NCBI GenBank assembly: GCA_036172245.1
Contig: JAYWIR010000020.1
Location: forward strand, 2,294,001-2,358,000
Source: Raillietiella orientalis
Taxonomy: Eukaryota
Direction of reading: 5' to 3'
DNA length: 64,000 nt
Shown here: one piece after another, positions 26,613 through 39,974 of the stretch
Layout of the letters: each line of letters begins with the position of its first letter
Position numbering within the stretch: the first letter of the stretch is position 1
Notes under the pieces: generated by a model
Databases searched by the model: none
Told to the model about the DNA's origin: nothing
What the model saw: the letters and a program-made list of their open reading frames with translations, nothing else
Program-made: the position numbers and the translations under genes

Positions 26613-27341
26613 GGGTTTGGTTCGAAATCCCGAGCCATCAAAGTCCTGAAAGATTAGGAAAAATAAATACATGCGTTTGTTACATATGTTAATATGCAAA
26701 TTTATATAAAATTGGTGTCTACATTATAAAGATTATAAAACACAAACACATATATGTTTATTATATATTTGAATAGAATTAGCATGTTTATTATATATGT
26801 ATATATATTTGTTATTTATGTAGAAATATACAAATTAATATATATAATAAACATATGCTTTGATTCTTATGTAATATGTATGTATGTATATATGAAGCTG
26901 TATATAATTATATAGAACAAGCGTTTTATTAATTATGTTCATATCGGCATGCATCATTCTCTTAATAATGTACATTCATTTATATATCAATATACATATT
27001 AATATATATAATGAGCATTATTTTTTTATAATTTTTGCAGTATATCTGTAGATATTAATCTGCATATATGTACATCATCATAAGCACATATATATATATA
27101 TTATTCTCTACGCGTTAATGTATATATCAATATACATATTAATATATATAATAAACATGCATATGTATTTTTTGGAATTCAGAAAACACGTTAATCCCTA
27201 CATTAATTTGCGCATAAACCTGTACATAAGTGTATACACTAACGTGTACGATAAGTATCCACATTCATTTCCGATTCGCGTTCGTGACCATTTTTCTCGA
27301 CCTTTCGAGACTTTCGGTATTCGGGATTTCGCGCCGCACCC
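26613..27341. mobile_element. AT-rich foldback-like element FB3
   Basis: Left GGGTTTGGTTCGAAATCCCGAGCCATCAAAGTCCTGAAAG and right CTTTCGAGACTTTCGGTATTCGGGATTTCGCGCCGCACCC are inverted termini around an AT-rich core. Exact 32-nt internal duplication at 26981 and 27121. Confidence 0.65.
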
Positions 27342-27344
27342 GAC

Positions 27345-27900
27345 CGGCAAGCGCCCCCGGGGCGTTCCAGCTGACGCTTGCACTCGGACCGGTCGGATCA
27401 GCAGCACCATCAGGGGACAGGAAAGCCTCTCTCTGTCCCTTCGTGAGCCCACTGCGCACGCGCAAGGCCCGCAGGTACCCACCAAGCGACCCATTTGTGG
27501 GCTTCGAGACGCGGTGCTTACGGGCAGCGTCCCCGATCGTCGGACGCCCCTTTTTCGCGGGGAGGATGCTGCGCGAGACACCGAATGAAGATCGGCTGCC
27601 CACCCTTCCGCTCCGCTGGAGTCGTGCTCTCCAAAGAAGAGCGCAGGAAGCTTCGCTCTAGATCGGCGCGCGCTGAGGCTCAAGAGCTTCTCCGGGAGTC
27701 CCTCTTGAGCCGAGCTCGTGCCAAGCTCACGTCGAAAGGCTGCTGCGTGCGTCGAGACGGTTCTCCATCGACCAGCAACGCGTGCTTCCCGTTTCCGTGC
27801 ACTTTGAAAGATGGGTTCGGAGGCTCGCGGCGGCATCGTGCGGCAGCGCCCGAACGGCAGAGGTGGCGCGACCTGTGCGTGAAATTTGACCTTAATTTCC
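27345..27900 (-). pseudogene. L1-like RT remnant
   Basis: KREARVAGRWRTVS (like KGD....NWRPIS) and NGSLGGYLRALRVRSGLTKG...LSP (like NG....F.V.SGVRQG.PLSP). Confidence 0.35.
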
Positions 27901-28487
27901 GGATGCATCCTCGTTCGGGAAACCGTGCGCTTCATTTTCACAGGCGTCATTAAACCAATTTCGAATACGACTTCCTCCCCTTGCTGTCCAGATGGAAGAA
28001 TAGGGAAAGTCTCGTTCTTTAGGATTAGGGCAGGAAGGTCACGAATGACCAAATGCCACGTTCGTTTGTCACGTGTTGCAGAAGGTTGCGTATATGTAGG
28101 GCATGATTCTCAGATATCTCTCAGGGATGTGAGGAAATGTGACCATTCGAAGACGGGTAGGCAAGCCAAAGGCGGCAGAGCGCGGCTGGAGGAACCGAGA
28201 GGCGTTCGCCTTGGAGGAAGCTCGAGAGATGGATTCTTGTGGTGTGTCTCCCACGCGACCGGCGTTCAAGGAGTCAGGAGAAAAGAAAGAACGAGGGACG
28301 GAAGCGCGTCCTGGATTCTACAGAAAGGTCCCCATTGTGAGAACGAGGACGAAGAACGAAGGTGACGAGATATCGACCTCTGTTTAACAGAATGGTCACC
28401 TGCGAGGGGGCGAGAGGAACTGATTGGATGGAAGGGAACTTCCAGAAGGTCCAGACACTGCTGCCAAGAGTGGAATTCCTCCTAGAC

Positions 28488-29789
28488 GTGCCTGGTTCCA
28501 AATTCCAGACGTCCCCGCCTCGAATGATCGAAAGCCCGAAAGATGGCGAACACGAGTGCCTATTCTGCATAGGTTGACAGACACATTTATTTCAATATGC
28601 ATGGTTGTTCCTCTTTATCAACACACACATGATTAACAGGGACACGATTGCCGCAGATACATTTATTGAGATTCCGTGACATGCATTTTATTAATAAAAT
28701 GGATAAGTTGTTGACTTAATATATATGTTAAAGGGCATAAAAAATAAATATATATGCTTATATGTACTAATATACATATGTTTATATAAAGATTAATATA
28801 TGAATTTATTTTCACATATATAGTTCTTGTCATTTGTTAACACATATATTTTTAATGGCGATACTAAGTAAATATAAGTATAGTTCATATATGTATTAGA
28901 TTCAGCAAAATATATATATGCTCATTAAATGTACTCATATATGTATTTATATGCATATTTATATATGCATACGCAAATTTATTTATACATATAGGTAGGT
29001 ATTTAATATTCCTGCATATATATTAATATTATCTATAAATCGTGACGGATACGACAAGCACATATATTTATTTTTTAGAATCATATGCATTTATTAAAAG
29101 TTGTCAACAAACATCATATTAACATAAGTTGTTGATTGTATTGTTCATATGTATATTAGATTTGATTTTCATGTATTCATTATATATATATGTATATGTG
29201 CACACATATTTCTATACTTATATTAAGAGCCAAAAATAAACATATATGCTTATTATGATGCATCAATGCATATAATAAATATATATTTTATTTTTTGATT
29301 GTATGTAAACAATAAGCATATATGCTTATTATATATATTGGAATATGCATGTTCATATAAAGATTAATATATGGATGAATACATATCATGAAAATAAAAA
29401 ATATCCATGTTTATTACATGTGCTCACATATGTATTTATATACATATTTATGTATACATGTGCAAATTTATTTATATATGTGTGTAGTTATTTCCATTCA
29501 TACATACATATTATATTATCTATAAGTAGTGATGTATATGGCAAGCACATATATTTATTTTATAGAATCTTTAACGTATACATCAAGGATACAATCAACA
29601 ACTTACTCATTTTACTAATTAAATGTATGTCGCGGAATCTTAATAAATGTATCTGTTGCAGTAGTGTCCCTGTTAATCATATCTGTGTTAATAAAGAGGA
29701 ACAACCATGCATATTGAAATAAATGTGTACGTCAACTTATGTAGAATAGGCACTCGTATTCGCGATCTTTCGGGATTTCGACCGCCTCC
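28488..29789. mobile_element. AT-rich foldback-like element FB4 with about 190-bp terminal inverted repeats
   Basis: 28528-28715 is the reverse complement of 29594-29781 (e.g. CGAGTGCCTATTCT/AGAATAGGCACTCG, TTTATTTCAATATGCATGGTTGTTCCTCTTTAT/ATAAAGAGGAACAACCATGCATATTGAAATAAA). Internal direct duplication at about 28905-29082 / 29395-29569. Confidence 0.7.
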
Positions 29790-30370
29790 ACAGGATGTGG
29801 GCCTCGTTAGGCTATCAGAGAAATGTTAATTCCCCTGTCCAGCATCTCCTGTACCTCGTCCTTGCCACGTCCACATTACGTGTACGTAGGCGGGCGCTTC
29901 CATCGTCACGGAAAGCGCCTGGACACGTTCCATTTCTTCCCGCTTCTCCGTCGGACACTCAACCAGATCCCCATTCTCCCTCACCTCTTGCATTGCCGCA
30001 GAGCGTTCTTGCCCTACAGCCTCCTCGTCATCCAGCCTCACACCCGGACAGAATCATGCTTCCTTCCGGCTCCTTTTGTTTTTCGACCCAGGAGCAGGTG
30101 GACTTCGGGTACTCTCCTCGGAAATCGCAACAGCCTCCTCCATTCTGATCTTGCCTAATCTTCTCCGTGGCTCATCCTTTCGGTACGGCCCCATCGAAAA
30201 CATCCTCCGTGGAAAGGCACTTGACTACCGATCACCACATTCCTCGCCGCGCCTCTCACTTTTTAATTTTTCCAACGTCGTGACGTTCCCTCCTCCAGAT
30301 CTCGTTCTCTTCCAATTAGAACTGTGGCCGAGCGTCTCAGAAAGTCCAAGGCGGTCGACTGCTTCCGAAA
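29790..30370 (+). pseudogene. CR1/jockey-like RT remnant, possibly continuous with about 28140-28480 across FB4
   Basis: RKAPG, QVDFGY...KS (like QFGFR..RS) and KALDYRSPH (like KAFD.V.H) occur in order. Confidence 0.35.
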
Positions 30371-32399
30371 TCTAGGGGGGGATTTCGCTTCGGTTGGTCT
30401 TTGCATGACCTCTGATATTCAAGAAACACTTTTACAATATGGTCCAATATGGATTTTTGAATTTATGCGCCTTGAAAAGGGCCTGGACCTGACTCTTGCA
30501 GGAATATTTTTTTGCTTTTCTCCCTGATGTTAAATCGAAGCAGCAACAAAGTGGGAACCTCTTTCGGTGAAGACTGAACTTCGCCTAAGACGGCTGATAT
30601 CTTGACGCCTTAGGCTGATATCACGCTGACGTAAAACCGACTACGAATTCCGGGAATGACATCAGCTTTGAGGATGCTGGGAAAGAAGCTGCTGTGGTGC
30701 ATGGAGTGACCAGTCTGCCGTTTTAGATCATCGTAGCAAATATGAAACACTAACAAAAAAAAGCCTTTTGAGTCCAAGGAATAGATTTGAAAAAGCAGCT
30801 GAATCAGATGGGGAAAATTACCCTCAGAGCAGTTCCTGCTGAAGGGATGAGGGCTATTTCCTTTCCCAATAACAAAAGACAGAGGGACCTATGAACTTTT
30901 TATCGCTGCAAATCAATCCAGTCTTTTATTTGCGTGAAACCATGACTGGCATTTCATTTTCCAGAATAATCCATCGTGAAGAGTAGACCGCCTTTGACTG
31001 AGGGAGCATTGTGAAACATTAGTGAGCCATCCACAAGATCTACCTTTTATAGGAGCACGCAGTGACCCCAAGTGCTGTTTCTTCGCGGATTGGGAAACTC
31101 CACAGATACTTTGGAAAATCGACCGCGAGATCAAAAATCCACAGATGCAAATCAAAGTCGTGGTGCTCGGTCACGGGACTTCATGCTGCACGCGCCTCGA
31201 AGAATTCCATTCTGTGGACACTCGGCAACCGCTTCAAACAAACAACTCATTACCCCAAGATTCAAGAATCCCAAGTTTGAAAAGCATTCTATTTTTATTT
31301 CCTTCTTAGCGCTTTCTATTTGGGTTTGAGCTCGCCATTCTTGATTCTTCGATGAGCTCGAGCAGTGTGTCCACTCTCTGGAGCACGCGGAAGGTACGGA
31401 TTTTAACCGCGTCCAGCTACACGTGATGGCAAACTTGCATTACAACTTTTTGCTTTCTGTATAGCTGCCCACATCTTGTGCCGCTTTCAGAACTCAAAAG
31501 TGGACTGGGATCCCTGCTTACTATCGGCCTAGTCCTCCTCGCAAGCTGCAGTCACGAACGGTTCCGCCCTTTAGGATAAGCTTCAAAGTCCATTACCCAT
31601 CATTTCCCCCGTGAGCGTTCCACGGGATTCGAAAGCTCTGTATCCTTGCCGTATTTTTTTCAATTCTTTCTCCATGACGCTGCAGGAGAATGGTGCTGCA
31701 GCTCTGTTCTTGCGATAGGTGCTGGTGGTACCGAATCGTGATGCAAGGTTGCAGCTTGATTGAAGCGCAGCACTCCAAAATGTAAAAACAATCTGCTCCA
31801 AAAGAAATTCTCCTGCTCGTTAACCTGCCGAAGACTCTCTCTGCAGAGACACTCTTTCTTCGTCTGACGAGTGCAGAAGAGGTGAAAATCACCTGAAGTG
31901 TCTTTTCAGGGCTTGGAATCTGCATCCGTTGGGAAGGCAAGTGCGCTCTGCCCGAAGATTACTAATCTTCAGATGAAAACTTCTCATCTCTGCTTGCTCA
32001 GCGCAGCGCACCTCCTGAAAACAAACACGGGCGTTCAGTTCACCTCCTTGAACTGGAGCAGCGGCTGAAGCCCTTTCCTGGATTCTCTAAAACGCTTCCG
32101 TTGGAATCCGGGGGGATTCGCTCCCCAAATACAAATCATCCAAGCAAGCCAGCCCCCAGTCCAGAAAGGGGTTTTAGGATGTGTGTGAGTGTGTGGGGGA
32201 GGGAAAGAAGGAGCGGAACTGAACGAAGCCTCAGGGAGTTGTGCTTGGAATGGGTGATGAAAAGACTGTCGATAGGCTGCCAGCTGCTCTTTTGAGAGCT
32301 CGAGAGCCAGACGAGCAACTCATCTGCCGTTCTCGTGTGGCGTGATTCGCCGGTAAGCATTGGCTATACCGGCGCTGCGGAGGAGTAGCGAGGCTGCCC

Positions 32400-33060
32400 T
32401 GGGAAGGCTGCGATGACCCGTTCCTTGATGGAAAACGAGAGGGCCACCTTCGTTGCCCCCTCCCTCGCGTCCTGTTTTCTTTTGTTTTATTTGCTCGCCC
32501 TCTACTCGGCCCAGCTCCGGAAGCAGAGCCTGTTGCGGAGAGTCCTGTTGCAGAAATCCGCGAGGTCCGCATCGATAGCTAGGCAAAGACGCGTTCGGAC
32601 AAACCTCTGGATCTACATGAGATCCACTCTTTGGGTGATGGAGAAATCGAAAGCGCAAGTGCAGAGAATGCTGAAGAAAAGCGGGCTGCAGATGCAGAGC
32701 ATCCAGACGCTGGCCCTTTGTGCCAAGCTGTGTGGATTTGCTCGGGGTGAGAGCCAGCGGGCCCCACACTTCGGTGCTGGCGCAGGAGGCGAGGGTTTTC
32801 ATTGCAACTGCCGCCAATTCTGCCACAGGGTGAAGGGATTTTGTTCCCCTCCGATGCCTTGCTCCTGGGACCCCGTCCGTGGATCTCCAGCTACTAGCGG
32901 CAGGAGGCAGTCGCGTCCTGGAATGCGCACCTTGGAGTGTGCTCAGAGGAGCTTCCCTTCGGCTCCTCCTGAGCCATCTTTCGGAAGAAGTACTGCAGGA
33001 ATCCACGAAGCGGTCTAGCCTGGCCCGCCATACGCATTGCTGGAGCTCTGCCTGTCCCAA
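32400..33060 (-). pseudogene. L1-like remnant
   Basis: ARLDRFV (endonuclease RLDR motif). Nucleotide match ACCCAAAGAGTKGAT...GATCCAGAGGTT to 36810-36860. Confidence 0.4.
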
Positions 33061-33083
33061 GGGCAAGCAGCGACAGCCGTACT

Positions 33084-33725
33084 CGTTGGCAGTCGTGCGA
33101 CAACGGACTCTCCGCTAGCGACTCCAAGCGTTGCAGGTTCGAACCCCCAGGTGGAGGATCGAAGCCGCGGAATGGGGGTGCGTCGTGGGTTTAGAGTCCA
33201 CCGCGAAGGACGACGCTAGTTGGTCTGTGGACTTCGGGTGCGGCGCTGCTGGAAACCGGAAACCCCGGATGCACTCGATGACTGGCAGGAATTAAAAGTC
33301 GACCCTCTGGACTCCTCCCAGGAATCAAGAAGCCCTTCGGCGTTTCCCTTCGGTTGAGCGAATGGAGCCGTCCTTCCTGGTAACCTTCTCCCCATAGTGT
33401 CAAGAAGAGTGCGCTGCTTCCTTCGGAAGCGATCCTTCAGAGAAAATAAGAAAGGAGAAAATCTTCGGAGTTCCCTTCGTGGACAACTAGAGCGAAGGTT
33501 CCCTTCGTGGTTCCCATACCAGGTGCAAGAGGAACGGACTGCTTCCTGCGAAGCCTTCCTAGATCCATGGGGTGGTCCTTCTGGATTACCCCCTATAACT
33601 TGAAGAGTGACATACGCCCCCTCGGGTGGTGACATGGAACAGTGCAGTAGGGTTTTGCGAGTCTCCAGGCAAACGGCCCTTGAGTGACCTCGAAAACCCC
33701 CAAAAAGCAAATCAGAAAAAAAAAA
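33084..33725 (+). mobile_element. tRNA-headed SINE family copy 1
   Basis: B-box GGTTCGAACCC at 33136-33146. The body and 3' part (CTTCCTAGATCCATGG...CTTGAAGAGT...CTCGGGTGGT...GGAACAGTG...CTCCAGGCAAACGG) match the reverse complements at 39975-40822 and 56515-57270. Ends in an A-rich tail. Confidence 0.75.
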
Positions 33726-34589
33726 GGCAGAAAGGAAAACGGAGAAGCAGAAGAACCTCAGAGGATTTCCAGAATTCGGCAGGGTGAGGAGCTGCTCTGG
33801 ACCATTGCAGGAGCGACCAAGCTTTTCGTTAGCTGAAAGACGAGTGGGCTGGTGGACACCATCCCACTCCGCGTTTCCGGAAGGAGAGACCACGTCGTGG
33901 AGCGAACTCACCCTTCGAGTTGATCCCGAAGAACTCAGCGTCTCTACTTTGAGTCCTTACTTTGGACGCTTCGCTGTTCCCCTCGAGATGGAAGCGCGAG
34001 ATGCTTCAGCTTCTGCGCTGAGGACCTCTGCAATCGGCGTCGGCACCTCGCTTCTGAGGGAGTTGCGCCCCCGATCCCTGTTCTTGGGCCGGGGCGACCG
34101 AATGCTTGCTGCTGCATCTCCTGTTGGACTGCGGCGCTTTCTACGAGCGGTGGCGGCGGAGGCTGCGCCTTCAGCGGGTTCTTCACCAAAACGCCGCTAA
34201 CGGACCTGCTAAGACGATTCTTCGCGAGCGGCGGACTCCCAGCAGGTGCCGCGGTGCACCCGCGCCATTGTCACAGTTGGCCCGTGTGTTGGAGTCTCAG
34301 GAGCAGCGAAGGGAGGTCACCTGCGTGGCAGCGTAACACCTGTATGAGGACAGATGCGAGATGACCCCGCCTAAAAGAGTCTCTTACCCGGTTACTCCGG
34401 AACATTTATTTATAAAAACTCCAGGCTGGAGGGGAAAAGTCTTCTCCAACAGAAATACGAAATGTCAAAAAAGAAAAGCTCATCAGGAATGACCACCGAC
34501 ACGCAGGACGGCTTCCAAAAAGCTGACAATGGAGGGAGAGGAACAATAAATAAATAAAAAAAAACTGTTGGTGGGGACAGGGGTTTTTG

Positions 34590-36900
34590 GTTAAAAACGT
34601 TCCTTCTTTTCTAGAAGCAGCTCTGGATTGTGGCGATCTCTTTGGTGGCTTCTTCTGGCAGATGAGGCCACCTTGCTGCTATCCTCATGAGGGCTGCTGC
34701 CAGGCTGGTGGCTCTCTTCACCGGAAACCTGATCCAACACATTGTGGGCTGTCACCATGGCGCGGGTGCAACGGAAAGCTGAGATCACAGCGTCCGTCTC
34801 CAGCCTGCCTTGTGTGAAGAAAAAGCGCCACAGCAAGTCCAAAGCTCTGCCCTGCGGTTGTCGGAGCACCATAGCGAGTCGTCGCCACATACCCGCGAGG
34901 GCGCTGCAGTCCGACAGAAGGTGCGAAAGCGATTCCATCTCTCCGCATTCGAGCAGTTCGGGGAGACAATTTCCCCGGAAACCCGTTATCTGCGCTGGTT
35001 GCACTGGAATCCCCAGTGTAGAAACAGCAGAGCATCCTGTTTTCAGCGTGGTGGGAACACGGAAGTGTCCACGCAAAGGGAAGGGACCACCAATTCTTCA
35101 GAGAGCACGCCAAGCAGGTCACTTACACCGAAGGAATCCCTTTGCCCAGAAGCGAGGAGTGGTGACATTCACCAACTCGCTCGTCTTGAGGCCGTTCAGA
35201 AGTTTTTCGACTCCTGCAATGTTGCAGGAGAACTTCCACCACGCCGGTTGGCTACTGCCATTGCTTGCCCTGAGGGCAGGTAGCTCTGCAGCAAGAGGTG
35301 TGACGTCTATCCGGGACCATTACGTCCAATCCTGCAAGAGATCTCCTAGCGGTTTGCGTAGGAGACCCTGCAGCGGTTACAGTTCCTCTGGACGCACTTC
35401 GAAAGAGGCGGTCCCAGCACTCCAGAGCCTCCTGCCTCCAGGCATTCCAGTTTACAGGAAGGCAGGAGATCCACCGATGGACTAGCAGCAACAGATGCCT
35501 CAGGGATTAGCCACATCCGACCCTCCCACGTAGGTTGCGCAGCAGCAGAGACAGAATTCCTGAGCTTCTCGCGAATCGCCGGAGCACACCAATGAAAAGA
35601 CCACGATTTCCTATACAGGGAGAGGAGTCGGGGAGATCGGACTGCACCTGCAGTCCGATCTTGTCAAAGATCAAGGTGTCCAAGCCAGCATCCTGGAGCG
35701 GCGCCATTAAGTCTTTCAGGAATGTCCGGAACCTTGCAGCGTCCCACAAGGCTTTGGCTCCCCACAGCGAAGGAAGGTCACCCGCATGGCGGCCTGCCCG
35801 CATGAGGACGGCTACAAGATGACCTCACCTAAACAAGGAAGCCAAGGCGGAGATCGTCGGATCTTTAGCCCGTTCTAGGCGCTGGATGTCGGCGTCTACG
35901 GATGACAGGCAATATGGCAAGAGGTTTTCCTGTGCAACATCCTGGATGCATACTACGAGAAACGTTCAGCTGCTGCATGTTCAAACACCTCGGGCAGTAG
36001 AAAGGTCGTGTCTTTCGTCTACCAGCGATAATGCTGGACTACGTAAACTCTCCAGACGCTCTTCAGTCGCTCTCCTGTTTCCGAAATGGAGGACAAAACA
36101 GGAACACATCCCAAAGCTACGCATCGACGCTGAAGTACTTTAGGGCGCGCGTGCTTTTAAACGGGTCTCTACTTGGAAAAGACGCGCTTTCCACAATGGA
36201 CGTCTAAAGGGAAGTTTCGAGTTTAGCGCAGGGCTTTGATGAATTCCTGTGTTTTCAGAAAGGATCCAGAGGCTTGGTACTCCTGCATCGAAAACGGAAA
36301 ATTTCAAAGCATCTGCGCCGAGCAAGTTGGTCTGTTTGAGGCAGCAGAATCGCTGCCCGTCTTTCGCTTCCCGAAGAACCTCTCATCCTTACCAAACCAC
36401 AGTTTGGAAAGACGGCGCTGTAGAAGGATGATTCGCAGTCCGCATTCGACAGAAATCCCACTGAATCCTTGGAACATTTCTCAATCTCAATGCTTATGTG
36501 GCTCGTCCACACTGATGTGCCGTTTGCAGAACATGCAGTACACATCCTAAGTCCTTATGGAAGCTGGAGACGTCGTGCGTTGGTGTCAACGCGTTTTTAT
36601 TCCCTGAAATAAACTATCATTTCACGACTGCATTCGATGCGGAAAGAGAAAGCAGCTTAAGGACGTGAGATCAATGTTGGGCACAGAAGTTCCTCAATGC
36701 AAATCGCTGCAGCATTCCGATCGTATTCCAAAAGAATGTGGTGCCACTGAGTTCGAAGACTTCGATGCCATGACAACTGAGGGACAGATGGCGGCATGTT
36801 ATTCGACACCGTCGAACGAACCTCTGGATCCATAGGAAATCAACTCTTTGGGTGGTGCAGAAAGCATAGAGGGGCTTTGAATATCGCACTGTGGAAACTA
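34590..36900 (-). pseudogene. Decayed L1/Tx1-like non-LTR retrotransposon ORF2 (C-terminal zinc-knuckle region and upstream pieces)
   Basis: CGEMESLSHLLSDCSALAGMW resembles the zf-RVT motif C..CG..E(S/T)..HLL..C....VW. TQRVDFLWIQRFVR (about 36810-36860) is homologous to a segment at about 32590-32660. Many stops and frameshifts. Confidence 0.6.
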
Positions 36901-38680
36901 TCGAAATCTTCCATCAGAAGACAATCAAAATAGACTGATCGAAGACCCACTTTGGATATTAGATTGTGGAAAGGTAATCTCGCTAATGCACCAAAAACCA
37001 GCAATGACTATACGAGTGAGTCTTCAGATTTCTTTGGTTAAATAGTGAAATGGGTTAGTAACCCTTGATATCCATGAAAAATAAGTCCCAGGTCTGGACC
37101 ATTACTACCGTACAGTATCTGACTTTGTGCAGAAAACTTGGGGGCGCAAGGGATCCTTCCAAAGCCTCAGATAGGTCATACAAGGTATCTAGGGCCTGGA
37201 ATTTTCTAGACGGAGAGTCGTTCTGCATCGCCTTTTGTGCATGAAAGGAAAAAATGGCAGTCACTTTTCGGGATAACTAAGAGTACAGACGAGAACACCA
37301 CCCCCAACAAAAATGGTCATCTTTCACGATCTTCTGTATCAATTCTTGTATGATCGAAGGCGCCCTGCTTCTTCCTCATCTCTGAGTCCCGTTTGCCTTT
37401 TCTCAATTTTTCTTTTTTGTCTCTCATTTTTTTTTTAGTATCACGGTTTCTGAGCATCTCCGAGGATTTCAATAACATTGTTATAAATCACTCCAAGGCC
37501 AGTGGTTATTTAATACTCTACTTCCCTGAAACCAAGGACCGTCTATTGCAAGCTCACCCAAGGGTCTCTCCATCCTTCTTTCTGCGTATTCAAAAGCCTG
37601 TACTTTGCTCCCACCTCTGCCACAAGCACCGCTTTCGGAACGCAAGGTCGATCGAGCTGTCGAAAACAGAATGGATGTAAATCCGTCTCTTCTACGAAAA
37701 ATGTGACTTACAGCAAGGACGCATCCTTTTTTGTACCCAAGTCCGGTGAACACAGATCGGTGTCGCTGGAGCCAGTGGCCACTCCTAGGCAGGAAGAGAC
37801 TCAAGGAATTCACAAGCGACTCCCACGTGAATGAGCTTCCTGCCAGTAGGGACTGAGAGGTTTCGTGAAAAATTTAGTAGTTGTGAGAAGTTTTTCTTTA
37901 GGACTCAAAACATTTTCGGATGCTCAGATGACTTTTTCAATGACCGAACGAGTCTCGGATCGAGATGAACACGATCGAGATGAGGCAGATTCCTTGTCCG
38001 AGAGTCCATTTCGTGGAGCGTCTTGACGTGTGGTCTCTTCTCAGACTTCTTCCGGAAAGGAATCCCTCCGCCGGAGCATTCTCGAGATTGGTATCGTGCT
38101 CCGGAGGAACGGATGCCCTTGCGGTGCTGTTTCCATGGTTTCTCTTCCGCCTGAGCGACTCGTTGCGAGTGGAAGCTGCCCCCTAAGCACGCTAGGATCA
38201 GAAACGATCGCACTCAAAAAATGCTCACGGGAAAACAGCCGTCACATCATTTCGTCCTCAGCACCCAGCTTGCAGTTGCTGCACAGCAACCTTGAAAAAA
38301 ATTCACCATTTGGGTCTCCAGATTGTTATATTCTACGAAGTGTAGATTTTCGGAATCTGCCGTTTCTGCGATCTGTTCCCCGAGTGCGGTAGTTTTCACT
38401 TCGCGTTCCCGTCTTTGAATCCAGCTCACTCATCTGCCTAACTTGCTAAAAAATGAAAAAACAAACGCAGATGCGGTTCGTTTTCCATGGTTCTGCTTCT
38501 CCGTTTGAGGCGAGGTCTTTTTGGAGACTCTAGATGATCATAACCACACTGCCATTACGTGATAATGATGATGGCAATACTCCAAGGACCAGTGAAGCGA
38601 CAACACTTAGACTGAAATCCATTAGCAGCCTTTGCTAGTAACGGACTTTCCTTAATTCCGGTTCCCAAGGAGTAGTTCAT

Positions 38681-38755
38681 TGCATCGCTCACCACATAGG
38701 TGGCGTGCCAGAAGCACTTTGCTGCATCGGACACCAGATAGGTGGCGTGCCGGAA
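38681..38755. repeat. Tandem duplication, 42-bp period x about 2
   Basis: TGCATCG..CACCASATAGGTGGCGTGCCRGAA at 38681 and 38723. Confidence 0.85.
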
Positions 38756-39974
38756 ATTGGGCTGATAAATCAATGGTTGGCCCAGTAATGTCTTCCCAGC
38801 GTGTGAGGAACAAGTGCCAACCTAAAACTTCTGTTTCTTTTCAGCTTTCATCACTCACGAATTTTTGGTTTACATCAATTTTTAAGCCTCTGGTAGATTT
38901 CTCATGCAATGTCCTCATAAACCCATAACTTTCTTTGAATGTGTGCGTGTTTAGACACGACACCCTCTGATGAGATAAATAAAAACTCTTAAGTGAGGTG
39001 AACGTAATGCATTAGAATATAAGCAGCGCATTCGTTTATTCAGCGCATTTACTATGTAGGGCTATTTATTGCACATGGCATCTCCTCTCTGTTGCTCAGT
39101 GCTTTCAGGGATCTTTTGTTCTCTCCTTGTCCCTCTTGTGCAGCAAATTCATGCATGCATTGGTGCACGCTTATCAACGAACCTGTACACATGGTCAGGA
39201 TGCGGAATATTTGTGATCACAGTGTTGTGATCTATTTCGTCAAACCTGAAGACCACAGTAGGTTGGGTTTGTGGGAGTTTCGTCTTAAGCGGATGAAACA
39301 ACCACGACGACGTCATCAAGGCAACTCCGACGCAATCATCGACCTCAATACTTCTATTATTGATCGGTTGCTGACGTATTCGTGAGACTCGATTTGTCTT
39401 CAGGGCCAGCATCCGAATGCAGTAGCACCTGCCGACGCAGGCGCCTCCAACAGCGGCTTGAGCACTCTGCGCTGGTCGGGTGTTTCTGAAGGATACAGAA
39501 GTTCGGCATGGATCTTCTTGTTTGCAAACGGGTTCCCTCTTCTCTCTTGTGTGAGCTTCCGCTTCGCATGCTGAGTCTCTTCCGATGGCCCCTCTATTTT
39601 GAGTTCCTTCGCTCGTGATCTTCCCAGTCGCCGGGAGACGACCGTCTCCGTTGCGATGAGAGCGCCTGGAGTAGGGTGCTCTCCCCACAGGCATTTCCTA
39701 AGCTGTCCCGACCACGGGAATAAAAAAATATATCCTCCCATATTTCATCTTCTCCTCCAGCTCATTCCATAGTCATCGCTCCCGCCGATTCGACCTGCTG
39801 TAAGGAAGAATGCAGTTTGCTTCCATGACCTTGGGGACGCGATTCTCTCTGTTCTTTGTTTTTTTTAATAAAAAAAATACCGGTAGCGACATTACGGGCA
39901 GATCGTTGCCGTCGGTCCAGGGTAATGGAAATCTTTCTGGATTCTCCTGTTTTTGCTTCTTCCCATCCACCCTG

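Noticed and set aside
28514..29788. CCGCCTC on both sides of FB4 as a 7-bp target site duplication
   Set aside because: Both occurrences lie inside sequence that aligns to the family terminus. No convincing TSD could be read for any FB copy.
33084..33150. tRNA gene at the B-box sites (also 40760 and 57241)
   Set aside because: No complete cloverleaf. Each is attached to the same repeat body, so they are SINE heads.
33590..33655. Hammerhead-ribozyme-like CTTGAAGA...GGAAC...GTA in the SINE 3' domain
   Set aside because: The core deviates from CUGANGA/GAAA and stems II/III are not consistently formed across copies. A covariance search would be needed.
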